From: Candidatus Hydrogenedentota bacterium
Lineage (GTDB): Bacteria > Hydrogenedentota > Hydrogenedentia > Hydrogenedentales > SLHB01
Length of the DNA stretch: 64,000 nt
Assembly: GCA_029974275.1 (NCBI GenBank)
Contig: JARKSN010000316.1
Span: 8,125 to 72,124, forward strand
Reading direction: 5' to 3'
Shown here one piece after another: positions 7,027-16,062 of this stretch (position 1 is its first letter; each line of letters opens with the position of its first letter). A program made the position numbers and the translations under genes. The notes beneath the pieces were generated by a model, which saw only the letters and a list, made by a program, of their open reading frames with translations, was not told the DNA's origin and made no database searches.

Positions 7027-9615
7027 ATGAAAAAAGGATCTCAATGTAGGATTGCGGCAGCGTGTGCCGTTGCCTGTCTGGCAGCGTTCGGAGCGTTTGC
7101 CCAGAACGACTCGCCGGTCTTCGATATCCCGTACGTTGGCAAGATGGAAGTGGATGGCCTTGGCGATCATTGGGGGGGGAAAGGCTTCAACGTCAACGTG
7201 ATGGTTGGCAAGACTGGCAACTACCAGACGCCGGGCAACTTCGATCCGCGTTTCCGTCTCGGCTGGAACGAAGAGGGGTTGCTGGTTTTTGTCACGGTGG
7301 TCGATGATATCCGTGAAGAGACGAAGGACGAGACTCTCCTGTGGGATCGCGACTCGATGGAGATCTTTGTCGCCAAAAAGCGCGGCTCGCAAGAACTGAT
7401 GCACATCGTGTTGACGCCCGGACAGATGCCCGAATTCCCGGGCGTTCGCTCCAAGCTCTTAGGGTTTCGCACCAGCGCGCCGCCGAAGCCGTTCACCGCA
7501 ACCATCGTCAGTGCGCCGGCGCATGACGGGTTCGCGTACACCGTCGAGGCCATGATCCCCTGGTCGAATCTTGGCATCGACGCCAAGCATGGAACGGAGT
7601 TCGGTTTTCAGATTTTTGTGAACGATGGCGACAAGACCCCGGCCCGGTTCCAGGCGGTGTGGTATCCGAAAACGCGCACGCACGAGAACCCCGATGCCAT
7701 GCACCGCGTTCGTCTGGCCGCTGAAGGCAGCCCGGACATTAACGCCAGCATCCGCGGCGACTATGACAATTTCGGGCGTTTCCGCATCGGCGTCGTCACG
7801 GCTGCGCCCATGGCGGGCAAGGAAGTCACGGTCACGGACGGGCAGAAGTTGCTCGGTTCGGGCCCGTTGCTGCTGAACAACGAGCGCGCTTCGCGCATCG
7901 TATACGCGCCGCTGCCGAAGATTGGCGAAAAATCCGGTGTCGCGCTTGTCCATGTTGATGGCAAGAAGGCCGCCGAACTGCCTATGCCGAGCCCGGATGA
8001 TCTACGCACGCGGTTTTTGTTGACGGCGCAGATCGTGTTTGACCCCTTTGTCTTCAGGGGCACGGCGTTTCCGACGCCCGACTTTGCCGACCCTGTGACC
8101 GCAGCGAACTATCTCGGCAATTACACGATCAGCACGAAGTTCTGTGACAAAGACTTCAACCTTGTGACCGCCGCCAAAGAGCCGGGCCGCTACGGCGCGG
8201 TTGTCGAGATTACCCCGGAGAACGGCAAGCCGTTTCACCGTTTTCGCACGGTCTATCGTATGCCCGCCGCGTTTGAAGACGTGAGCTGGGGCTTTTTTAA
8301 CAGCGATGCGTCGGTCGCGCTTCCGCCGGAGTTGGGGATTGAGCCTGCCGTCGAGGAGTCCAATTCCTGGATGCTCGATAACTACATGCATCGCTTGTTC
8401 GAGGACGCGTTCACCAACGATCCGCGGTGGGCCGGGATCTTGGCTGGGCTTGCGGATTCGCAGGCCCCTGCGACGCCCGGCCCCTTTGTCGCCGGGAACA
8501 ACGCCAAGGCTGTTGAGCGGCAGTGGTGGGTCGATTTCAAGCGTCATTACTACGGCACGGACAAAGAGTTCGCGAAGCCGTTCGAATGCCCTCGCCCGAT
8601 CGAAGGGCCGCCTGCCCCTGTCGTGAAAAAGGGATCGGCGAAACAGGCCGGCATGAAGAAGGACGTCGTCAAGAACATCGACGCGATCTGCACAGAATGG
8701 GCGAAGGAGAGCAAGGAGCCGTTCGGCGTGTGCATCGTGCGCAACGGCGTCATGTTCTTCCACAAGGCGTACGGCGAGAAATACGGCAAGCCGATGACCA
8801 CCGAGACGAAAACGTGGATGGCCTCGATCTCGAAGATGCTTGGCGGCACGCAGATGATGATGCTGGTGGACCAGGGAATCGTCGATCTCGACGCGCCGAT
8901 CGATGCGTATTTGCCGACGTTCCGCAACATCCCGGTCGAGACGCCGATCACCACGCGGCATTTGTTCACGCACACCGCCGGCACCTGGATGGGCCTCACG
9001 CAGAAGGGCTTCTATCCCGATCACTGGGGCGACGAGTGGAACGACCTCGAAGAGCTGATGTCGGAAGCCTACCCGACCTTGAAGGTCGGCAAGATTCAGG
9101 CCTACAACGGCCTCGGCTACGCCATTGCGGGCAAGATCATCGAGACGGTCACCGGCGAGGCGCAACCTTGCTACGCGAAAAAGCATTTCCTCGATCCGCT
9201 CGGCTGCACGCATACCGACATTGTCGACATGTCGGCGTATACGCGCAGTGTGCCGATGGATATGGCCAAGATCGGCCAGATGCTGCTGAACAAAGGCGCT
9301 TATGGCAACATGCGGTTCTTCAGCGAAGAGACCTTCAACAAAATGATGCCGGAGAAACAGACGAAACTGCTGGGCCCGAGCACGGACCTGGTGTGGGGCA
9401 TCGGCACGGTGTGGATGCCCGAACCGGGCCTCAGCCCCAAGACCTTCGCGCACGGCGCGGCGTCATCGGCCACGCTCCGTATCGACCCGGAGAACCAACT
9501 CGTCATCGTCATGACGCGCAACACCGCCGGGCCGAAATTCAACGACTATCACCCGAAATTCATCAAGGCCATTGTGGACGGCATGGTGAATCCGTGGGTG
9601 CCCCCGGCGAAATAG
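7027..9615 (+). CDS. Secreted two-domain protein: N-terminal CBM9-like carbohydrate-binding beta-sandwich plus C-terminal beta-lactamase-family serine hydrolase
   Basis: Signal peptide MKKGSQCRIAAACAVACLAAFGAFAQ. The C-terminal half has the S-x-x-K motif (ASISKMLGG), YNGLGYAIAG, and HGAASSATL (KTG-like). Confidence 0.7.
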   Translation: MKKGSQCRIAAACAVACLAAFGAFAQNDSPVFDIPYVGKMEVDGLGDHWGGKGFNVNVMVGKTGNYQTPGNFDPRFRLGWNEEGLLVFVTVVDDIREETKDETLLWDRDSMEIFVAKKRGSQELMHIVLTPGQMPEFPGVRSKLLGFRTSAPPKPFTATIVSAPAHDGFAYTVEAMIPWSNLGIDAKHGTEFGFQIFVNDGDKTPARFQAVWYPKTRTHENPDAMHRVRLAAEGSPDINASIRGDYDNFGRFRIGVVTAAPMAGKEVTVTDGQKLLGSGPLLLNNERASRIVYAPLPKIGEKSGVALVHVDGKKAAELPMPSPDDLRTRFLLTAQIVFDPFVFRGTAFPTPDFADPVTAANYLGNYTISTKFCDKDFNLVTAAKEPGRYGAVVEITPENGKPFHRFRTVYRMPAAFEDVSWGFFNSDASVALPPELGIEPAVEESNSWMLDNYMHRLFEDAFTNDPRWAGILAGLADSQAPATPGPFVAGNNAKAVERQWWVDFKRHYYGTDKEFAKPFECPRPIEGPPAPVVKKGSAKQAGMKKDVVKNIDAICTEWAKESKEPFGVCIVRNGVMFFHKAYGEKYGKPMTTETKTWMASISKMLGGTQMMMLVDQGIVDLDAPIDAYLPTFRNIPVETPITTRHLFTHTAGTWMGLTQKGFYPDHWGDEWNDLEELMSEAYPTLKVGKIQAYNGLGYAIAGKIIETVTGEAQPCYAKKHFLDPLGCTHTDIVDMSAYTRSVPMDMAKIGQMLLNKGAYGNMRFFSEETFNKMMPEKQTKLLGPSTDLVWGIGTVWMPEPGLSPKTFAHGAASSATLRIDPENQLVIVMTRNTAGPKFNDYHPKFIKAIVDGMVNPWVPPAK

Positions 9616-9913
9616 AGGAAAGCGGATCAACTGTCATCGCGAGGGGCGATGCGGGGCGCGACGAAGTCTCATCGCATCAGAGCCCTCGCGCCTCGGGGCA
9701 GTATTCCTGATGATTCCGATTGCTTCGCTTCGCGCGCAATGACCAGAAGCACGGTTTGGTGTGAAGAATGCGTGCCTTTGGCGGGGACGGCGTGCGAACC
9801 GACGAATTGGACCTGTCACAGCACTAACGCTACGCACCAAGGTGAAGACTCTTCGGCAACGAGGCCGTGTCGCGCTAGCCGGACTAGCGCGTGGCGGATG
9901 AGGTGTTCGACGC

Positions 9914-11809
9914 ATGCAAAGACAGACATTAGCTTTACTGGGCGTGCTGTTTCTGGCGGCAGCGCTGTTTCTGGTCAACCTGGGCGGCTACGACCTGTGG
10001 CCGCCGGATGAACCGCGATTCGCGCAGATCGCCCGCGAGATGCTGCAGTCGAGGGACTTCATCGTTCCCCACATCAACAACGAGGTGTACAGCGAGAAGC
10101 CTCCGATGCTCATGTGGGCCATCGCGGCGGTGTCGGCGCCGTTCGGCGACGTGAGCGAATGGACCGCGCGTTTCCCCTCCGTGGTGTCGGCGCTGGTCAC
10201 GGTCTTGTTCACGTATCTGTTGGCGCGGCGTCTCTACGGGCCGTGCGTCGCCGTGTGGTCGGGCCTCGTGTTGACGACGATGGCCCTGTTCTGGTGGGAA
10301 GCGCGATCGGTTCGCACAGACATGATGCTCACTGCGTGCCTCACCGTCTGCCTCTATGCGTTCTGGCGATGGCATCGCGAACGCAGCGCTGGCATGTTGG
10401 TATTGTTCTATACCGCGCTCGCCGTTGCGCTCTTGGTGAAAGGCCCGCCCGCGCTGGTGTTCACGACCCTGCTCGTCTTCGCGTTCTATTGGGGACAAAA
10501 AGACGAGCGCATTCAGTTCCACTACTTCATCGGTCTGCTCGTCGCCGCCGTGCCGGTCGTGCTCTGGCTTGGCCTGAAACACTTAAGCGCGCCCGCCGTC
10601 GCGGAAGGCGATGTGGCCGTGAGCGACAACCTCTTCCGCCAGACCATCGGGCGCTTCTTCCTGGGTGTGAGCCACGCGCAGTGGCCGTGGTACTACTTCA
10701 TCAACCTGCCCATCAACTGGTTGCCGTGGTCGTTGCTGTTGCCGTGGACCCTGCCGTGGGTGTGGAAGAAGCGCCACGAAGACGACCGCATGCGGCTGCT
10801 GCTCGCGTGGATGGTGCCCGCGTTCATCTTCTTCACCATTTGCATCGGCAAACGCCCGGTCTACCTGATCCCCATCTATCCCGTGGCTGCGATCCTGTTC
10901 GCGCGCAGCGCCCAGGAACTTCTGGAAAGGCCGCATGAGCGACTGCGCAGAATTTTGGCCCTGGGATGGCTGCAGATTCCAAACGTTATAGTTCTGGCAC
11001 TGTTTTCGGTAATGATAAGTCTGGAATACGGAGATCGTTTCCGGTTCCTCAGCCCTATCGCACAATTCGGCGAGCACTTGCCACGCACATATGTAACGTT
11101 CTGCGCTGTGCTCATGTTGGCAACTGTGCTCCTAACGATTTGGACCATTGTCGAGTCAGCGCGCAACATTCGATCTTTATTTGCGGGAAGTTTCTTTTTG
11201 TTCGCAGTAGCTAGCGCGTTGTGGGGGCTTCCGCTCCTAGACGAACACAAAGGCGCGAAGGATTTCTGTGCGCCGCTGCGGCAGCTTTCGGAGAAGCAAG
11301 TCGATTACCGTCTCTACTCGGTCGGGGTATCGCGCGAGGAGTACATTTTTTATAGCAAGCACGTACACGTGCCGGTGCTGATGGACTTGTTGCCCATTCC
11401 GCAGCAGCCCAGCATGAAGCCCATGGACATGGTCAAGCTACAGCGCACCTTGCGCAAACGTATTGCCAAGGCGGTTGAAAGCCACCCCATCGACGCTGGC
11501 GCCGCGCTCACCGACCAGGACCTTTTGGCGTTGCGCGCGGTGGTGCACGAAGCGGTGGTGGACGCGAAGATAGACCCTGTGCTGACGTCCGAGTTCGAGA
11601 AGGCGCTTGCCGACGCGCTGAACGCGTTTGCCGACACGATGCTCGAACCCAGCCCCGCGTTTTTCTTTGTGCAAGAAGAAGACTGGCGCTGGATACTGCC
11701 GTTGTGTCCGCGTTTGCACGCGTTGACGGTGCTCAAGTATGCGCGGGTCGGCAGCCGCAAGATGCTTATTGTCGCCAACGACGCAGGCGACCGGGCGATG
11801 AATCCGTGA
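9914..11809 (+). CDS. ArnT/PMT-like glycosyltransferase (GT39/GT83 family) with a C-terminal soluble extension
   Basis: N-terminal LGGYDLWPPDEPRFAQIAREMLQSRDFIVPHINNEVYSEKPPMLMW is the typical ArnT/PMT loop-1 signature, and there are at least 10 predicted transmembrane helices. Confidence 0.8.
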   Translation: MQRQTLALLGVLFLAAALFLVNLGGYDLWPPDEPRFAQIAREMLQSRDFIVPHINNEVYSEKPPMLMWAIAAVSAPFGDVSEWTARFPSVVSALVTVLFTYLLARRLYGPCVAVWSGLVLTTMALFWWEARSVRTDMMLTACLTVCLYAFWRWHRERSAGMLVLFYTALAVALLVKGPPALVFTTLLVFAFYWGQKDERIQFHYFIGLLVAAVPVVLWLGLKHLSAPAVAEGDVAVSDNLFRQTIGRFFLGVSHAQWPWYYFINLPINWLPWSLLLPWTLPWVWKKRHEDDRMRLLLAWMVPAFIFFTICIGKRPVYLIPIYPVAAILFARSAQELLERPHERLRRILALGWLQIPNVIVLALFSVMISLEYGDRFRFLSPIAQFGEHLPRTYVTFCAVLMLATVLLTIWTIVESARNIRSLFAGSFFLFAVASALWGLPLLDEHKGAKDFCAPLRQLSEKQVDYRLYSVGVSREEYIFYSKHVHVPVLMDLLPIPQQPSMKPMDMVKLQRTLRKRIAKAVESHPIDAGAALTDQDLLALRAVVHEAVVDAKIDPVLTSEFEKALADALNAFADTMLEPSPAFFFVQEEDWRWILPLCPRLHALTVLKYARVGSRKMLIVANDAGDRAMNP

Positions 11810-11833
11810 GCACATGTTGGCGGAACATTGGGC

Positions 11834-13525
11834 CTATTGCGTGAACGAGTTCGACGTGCTGGTTTTCGACCAGACGGCATAGCCGAGCGCTTCCAGAGTG
11901 TTTGCCGAGGTGAAGTTGGTATAGGTTCCGTACAAGATGTTGCTGGACTGGCGCAGACGCCACACGGTGTCGCCGAAAATGCCCGAGCCGCGCCATGTCC
12001 ACGTGATTGTGTTGCCTGTGACCTGTCCGGTCACGGTAAACAATCTCCGGCTTCTCTCCCCGGCGTACAGGAAGGCTCCCACGCCCGTCAGCGTTCCGTC
12101 GGGGGACTGTCGGCTGATGGTTACCTGCGCAAACTGATCGGCTTGGGGCGTGGAGGCCGTCACCGTGTCAAAATACGCGGCCGTCCACGTGCCTACCTGA
12201 CTCGGGATCGACTCGTACGTCCATTGCGCAACGCCGCGGCTGGCATATCGGCCATTGACGTCAAAGAACTGGTAGGTTCCCAGCAATGCCGAGCCCGTCA
12301 CCTCGAGGTTCCACTCGTAATGGCTGGCATTTCCGCGATCGCGCAAATCCAATCGCGCTTGTGAACCCACAAAAGAGCCGTTCGTCACATCATAGATGCG
12401 ATAGACGGGCTGACGGGCCGATTCATCGAGAATCTGAGCCGTTCCCGTCACCATGCCGTTGCTTTGCGCTTGAAGCGACATCGTCGCGAGGTAGGCGCTT
12501 CGCGTCTGATTCGCCGGATTGGCGACCGACGTGTCTTCGAACGCAGCTGTCCACGCATGCGTAATCGTGGAAGGGCCCGTGATAGAGGCCCGGTGCCAGG
12601 TGACCGTGCCTGCGCTGACCAACGAAGCGCCCTGCGCGCCGCCAAACAAGGCATACGAACTCAATATGCGATTGCCGTCAAAAACGGCGAACCAATCCAT
12701 GGGCGTGGCATCCAGATCGCCTCCCCCGAACGAAAATCCCAGTTCGGGCAGGCTGAGTGCGCTGCGCGTGATATTGAACCCCTGGGTCTGTGCGACGTCA
12801 TTCTCGCGCACGACCAGCAGATTCCCCGTGCCGTTCAGCGATTGTCCGCTCACCGCCAGCGCGAGTTCCGCAGTCCGATCTTTCTTGTTGGGCGGACCTC
12901 CGGGGATCGAGTCCGTGAAGGCGGCCACCCAGGAATCGTCCAGCGCTGCGTTGACGATGCCATACCACCGCGCCACTCCCGACCGCACGATCTCCCCCTG
13001 AGCGTCGACTGCGGCATACATGCCTACAATCTGACTGCCTGCGCGGCGCAGATGCCAGGTCGGCTCGAAGTCGAAGGGGCCGGACAAGCCCGAGCGGAAG
13101 ACCAGCGTGGCGTCGTCCCCAGAAGCCGTTCCCGTGACGGTGAAAGTCTTTGGCTCCGTATCGTAGGCAGTTCCGCCCACGCTGAATATGCGCACCACGC
13201 GGCCCGAACCGGAAATGGTTGTGCCGCTCTGCGTAAGCGTCAGGCGCGTGACATACTGATTTTTCCCGGTCGCCGCGGAAATATTCACGATATCATCGCC
13301 ATAGCTGGAGGCCCAACGCCCGCTGAATCGCGTATCCGGCGTGGAAGGCGTGCCTCCGCCTCCTCCTCCGCTCCCGCCCCCGCTGCTATCTCCGGACGGC
13401 TGGTCCACGCCGACGATGTCGCTTTTGCTCCACACATCGCCATCGCCCCCGCAACCGGAAAGCAAAACGCTCGCCGCGCTCAACACGAGACCCAACGCCA
13501 CCGCGGTTATCCATTTCGCAAGCAT
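11834..13525 (-). CDS. Lipoprotein with a Gly/Ser linker and at least five internal repeats of about 45 aa
   Basis: Lipobox LLSGC, then SSGGGSGGGGGGTPSTP. Repeated modules follow the pattern [IL]xGxY..F...G....G.A.W, for example GSALLGTYQFFDVNGRYASRGVAQWTY and SNILYGTYTNFTSANTLEALGYAVWSK. Confidence 0.65.
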   Translation of the reverse strand: MLAKWITAVALGLVLSAASVLLSGCGGDGDVWSKSDIVGVDQPSGDSSGGGSGGGGGGTPSTPDTRFSGRWASSYGDDIVNISAATGKNQYVTRLTLTQSGTTISGSGRVVRIFSVGGTAYDTEPKTFTVTGTASGDDATLVFRSGLSGPFDFEPTWHLRRAGSQIVGMYAAVDAQGEIVRSGVARWYGIVNAALDDSWVAAFTDSIPGGPPNKKDRTAELALAVSGQSLNGTGNLLVVRENDVAQTQGFNITRSALSLPELGFSFGGGDLDATPMDWFAVFDGNRILSSYALFGGAQGASLVSAGTVTWHRASITGPSTITHAWTAAFEDTSVANPANQTRSAYLATMSLQAQSNGMVTGTAQILDESARQPVYRIYDVTNGSFVGSQARLDLRDRGNASHYEWNLEVTGSALLGTYQFFDVNGRYASRGVAQWTYESIPSQVGTWTAAYFDTVTASTPQADQFAQVTISRQSPDGTLTGVGAFLYAGERSRRLFTVTGQVTGNTITWTWRGSGIFGDTVWRLRQSSNILYGTYTNFTSANTLEALGYAVWSKTSTSNSFTQ

Positions 13526-13585
13526 GCTGTCACCTCTATGGCTATTTCACCGTTCAGCAAAAAACGCGCACAGCCGCGTCGCCCA

Positions 13586-13807
13586 TTACACGGACAGTTC
13601 AAAGTTTTCCCGGATCACACTAGTCGATCCAATCTGCCGCAGGAGTTCTGTGCGATTGCCGCGCACCGTTTCCCGAATGGCGCCCTTCAGCATCTCGCGC
13701 GTTTCCTCGAGGGACGCAGCCTGGCATGTCACATGGGGCATTTCTTCCACCGTGCCCACCCACACCGAGCCGACCTGCCTGAAAACGCCTGTGAATTGGT
13801 AGTGCAT
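13586..13807 (-). CDS. HicB-like (UPF0150) antitoxin-fold protein, orphan
   Basis: MHYQFTGVFRQVGSVWVGTVEEMPHVTCQAASLEETREMLKGAIRE fits the HicB/UPF0150 pattern (y...e..g.y.a.vpelPg..tqG.tleEa..n..eAI). The track start at 13909 is over-extended. No hicA partner is adjacent. Confidence 0.5.
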   Translation of the reverse strand: MHYQFTGVFRQVGSVWVGTVEEMPHVTCQAASLEETREMLKGAIRETVRGNRTELLRQIGSTSVIRENFELSV

Positions 13808-13856
13808 ACCCTTCGCCTCCTGGCTTTGGACTCTCCTGTCTGGGATGGCGCTTTGG

Positions 13857-14873
13857 CTACCGACACGCCGAATTAACCGCCACCATTTTACCTGATCGGG
13901 CGGATGCATACGCAGCGACCGTCACCTCGACGGCGCGCAAGCCGTCCTCGCCGGTGATGGCGGGATCTCGCCGTTCTCGCACCGCGTCAACAAAATCGCG
14001 CACCAGGCCTTGATCGCTGTCGCCGCCCCAGTATGCCCAGAAACCCTTGCCGACATCGTCGCTGTAAACGCCAATTTTCTGATTAAACGCATCCACCGCC
14101 ACGACCCCTTTTTCGGCGACGATCTCGAGGGTTACATCGCCCCAGATCGGAAAAGTGCGCGCGCGGTTCCAACTCGCGATGTGGGAGACGATGATGCCGC
14201 CTTCCATCTCGAGGTGCAGGCTTCCCGTGTCGTCTGTGCCGATGCCCTTGTGGATGACGTTGCCGCACTCGCAATAGACCTTCGTGAACTCCTTGCCGGT
14301 CATCCAACGAACCAAGTCGATCACATGCACCGTGTGGTCCATCACCGCGCCGCCGCCGGAAAGATCGGTCTTCGCGAACCAGCCGCCCGGGAACTGGCCA
14401 TGGTTCGTGCAGGACATCGCGTAGATATCGCCCAGCGCCCCAGAGGCCGTTTGCGCGCGCACGGCCTTGATCGCCGGGATGTAGCGGCAGGGGAACGCCG
14501 TGCCCAAACCAACCTTTGCCTTGCGACACGCGGCTATCATGGCTTTTGCGTCGGCTACGGTCGTCGCCAAGGGTTTCTCGCACAGCACCCACTTGCCTGC
14601 TTTTGCGGCGGCCTCGACCATCGCGCGATGGTTGACGTTTTCCGACGTGACGATCACGCCCTGCGTGTCCATCGCGAGAAACTTGTTCATGTCCTTCACG
14701 AACGGCACGCCCAACTGCTCCGCCATCGCGCGGCCACGTTTGGCGTTGTCGTCCCAGATCGCGGTCAACGCGACATCGGTCATGCCCTTCAGCGCGTGCG
14801 CATACGACCACGCATGCATATGCGCAAAGCTCATGATGCCGATTTTCATCGCGGGAATGTCTGTCATGATCAT
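13857..14873 (-). CDS. Gfo/Idh/MocA-family NAD(P)-dependent oxidoreductase
   Basis: MKIGIMSFAHMHAWSYA Rossmann N-terminus plus the GKWVLCEKPLA motif. The likely start is MIMTDIPAMKIGI. Confidence 0.85.
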   Translation of the reverse strand: MIMTDIPAMKIGIMSFAHMHAWSYAHALKGMTDVALTAIWDDNAKRGRAMAEQLGVPFVKDMNKFLAMDTQGVIVTSENVNHRAMVEAAAKAGKWVLCEKPLATTVADAKAMIAACRKAKVGLGTAFPCRYIPAIKAVRAQTASGALGDIYAMSCTNHGQFPGGWFAKTDLSGGGAVMDHTVHVIDLVRWMTGKEFTKVYCECGNVIHKGIGTDDTGSLHLEMEGGIIVSHIASWNRARTFPIWGDVTLEIVAEKGVVAVDAFNQKIGVYSDDVGKGFWAYWGGDSDQGLVRDFVDAVRERRDPAITGEDGLRAVEVTVAAYASARSGKMVAVNSACR

Positions 14874-15847
14874 AGTTTCACCACCTTGCCCGTCTTCGCC
14901 GATTCCAGTGCGCCCAGAGCCATTTTCACCGCCGCCATTCCGTCTTCCGGCGTCACGCGCGGCGTGTTCTTCCCTTCGATCCAGCCAATGAAATCGCGCC
15001 ACTCGAGTTCATAGGGGCTGACGTCCACCGGACTTTCCGGCACGATCATCGTTGCCCCCTCGCCCGGTTTCGCGCGCATCATCGTCGAGATCGGAGCCTC
15101 GTTGCTGTCGAACGACACCATGCCCTTCTCGCCGCAGACCTCCGCACGCACGCGAAAACCGCCGGGATGCGCCCATGTGCCCACCACATTCGCAATGATG
15201 CCGTTTTTCATGCGGAAGGTCGCCAGGCTATAGTCCAGCTTTTCCGGCTCGCTGCGTTGAATGGCTTGGCAGAAGACGCGATCGGGTTCGCCGAAGACAT
15301 ACCGAATCCAATCGAAATCATGGATAATCGTGTCCATGGTGACCCCGCCGCTCTGCGCATAGTCGTGGAACCAGGCCTTCTCGCCCAGCGGAAAAATGCC
15401 GCCGCGATAGGTTTTCACAAAACCGGGCTTGCCAATCACGCCCGCCTGGACCTTCTCGCGAATGGCCTCGAACTCCTGGAAATAGCGAACGACGTGTCCG
15501 ACAAACAGCTTGATTTTTGCCTTCTTGGCCGCCGCGATGGCTTCCTTGCACTCGGCGATCGTCCGGCAAAACGGCTTCTCGCAGAAAATGTTTTTCCCCG
15601 CCTGCGCCGCGGCCGCCACGAACGGAAAATGGTTGGGCGTCGACGTGCACACCGCGACGATGTCCACGTCTTTCCGCGCCGCCGCCTCGATGCCGTTCGT
15701 GGTCGCGTCCGCGCCAAATGTCGTGGCCAGCGCCTCGGCCTTGGCCGCAGCCGTATCCGCGCACACCACGACGTTCAAGCCGATCGCCCGGACGATGTGG
15801 GCGTGCATCGTTCCCATTCCTCCGCAACCAATCACCGCTACGTTCAT
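14870..15847 (-). CDS. Gfo/Idh/MocA-family oxidoreductase (second, in tandem)
   Basis: MNVAVIGCGGMGTMHA...GKNIFCEKPF. A 4-nt overlap with the downstream paralog. Confidence 0.85.
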   Translation of the reverse strand: MNVAVIGCGGMGTMHAHIVRAIGLNVVVCADTAAAKAEALATTFGADATTNGIEAAARKDVDIVAVCTSTPNHFPFVAAAAQAGKNIFCEKPFCRTIAECKEAIAAAKKAKIKLFVGHVVRYFQEFEAIREKVQAGVIGKPGFVKTYRGGIFPLGEKAWFHDYAQSGGVTMDTIIHDFDWIRYVFGEPDRVFCQAIQRSEPEKLDYSLATFRMKNGIIANVVGTWAHPGGFRVRAEVCGEKGMVSFDSNEAPISTMMRAKPGEGATMIVPESPVDVSPYELEWRDFIGWIEGKNTPRVTPEDGMAAVKMALGALESAKTGKVVKL

Positions 15848-16062
15848 GTCATCTCTCCCTGACCCGACTCGATAAACGCCTTCCGCCTCATGAATTCGTC
15901 CGGATCGTATCCTCATTTACACACTCCGATCAATCGTTTGTGTCTGGGGGCAACGAGGCGACCCTGGCAGGGACTGACCTCTCGATACCGTACCTGAAAG
16001 AGTTACATAAAGTCTTTTCGGCTGCCTTCCTGCTGTCCCTGTCTGAATGCTACAATGCGCGC

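Noticed and set aside
13341-13802. Plus-strand ORF beginning MEGVPPPPPPLPPPLL, which resembles a proline-rich protein.
   Set aside because: It is the reverse-frame shadow of the poly-Gly linker (GGGSGGGGGG) of the minus-strand lipoprotein gene.
13857-15916. Three Gfo/Idh/MocA oxidoreductase paralogs (two in tandem here and one at 40810-41787) considered as a special cluster.
   Set aside because: Expansion of this family is common in PVC-type and soil bacteria, and no associated sugar-pathway genes were seen to suggest a specific novel pathway.
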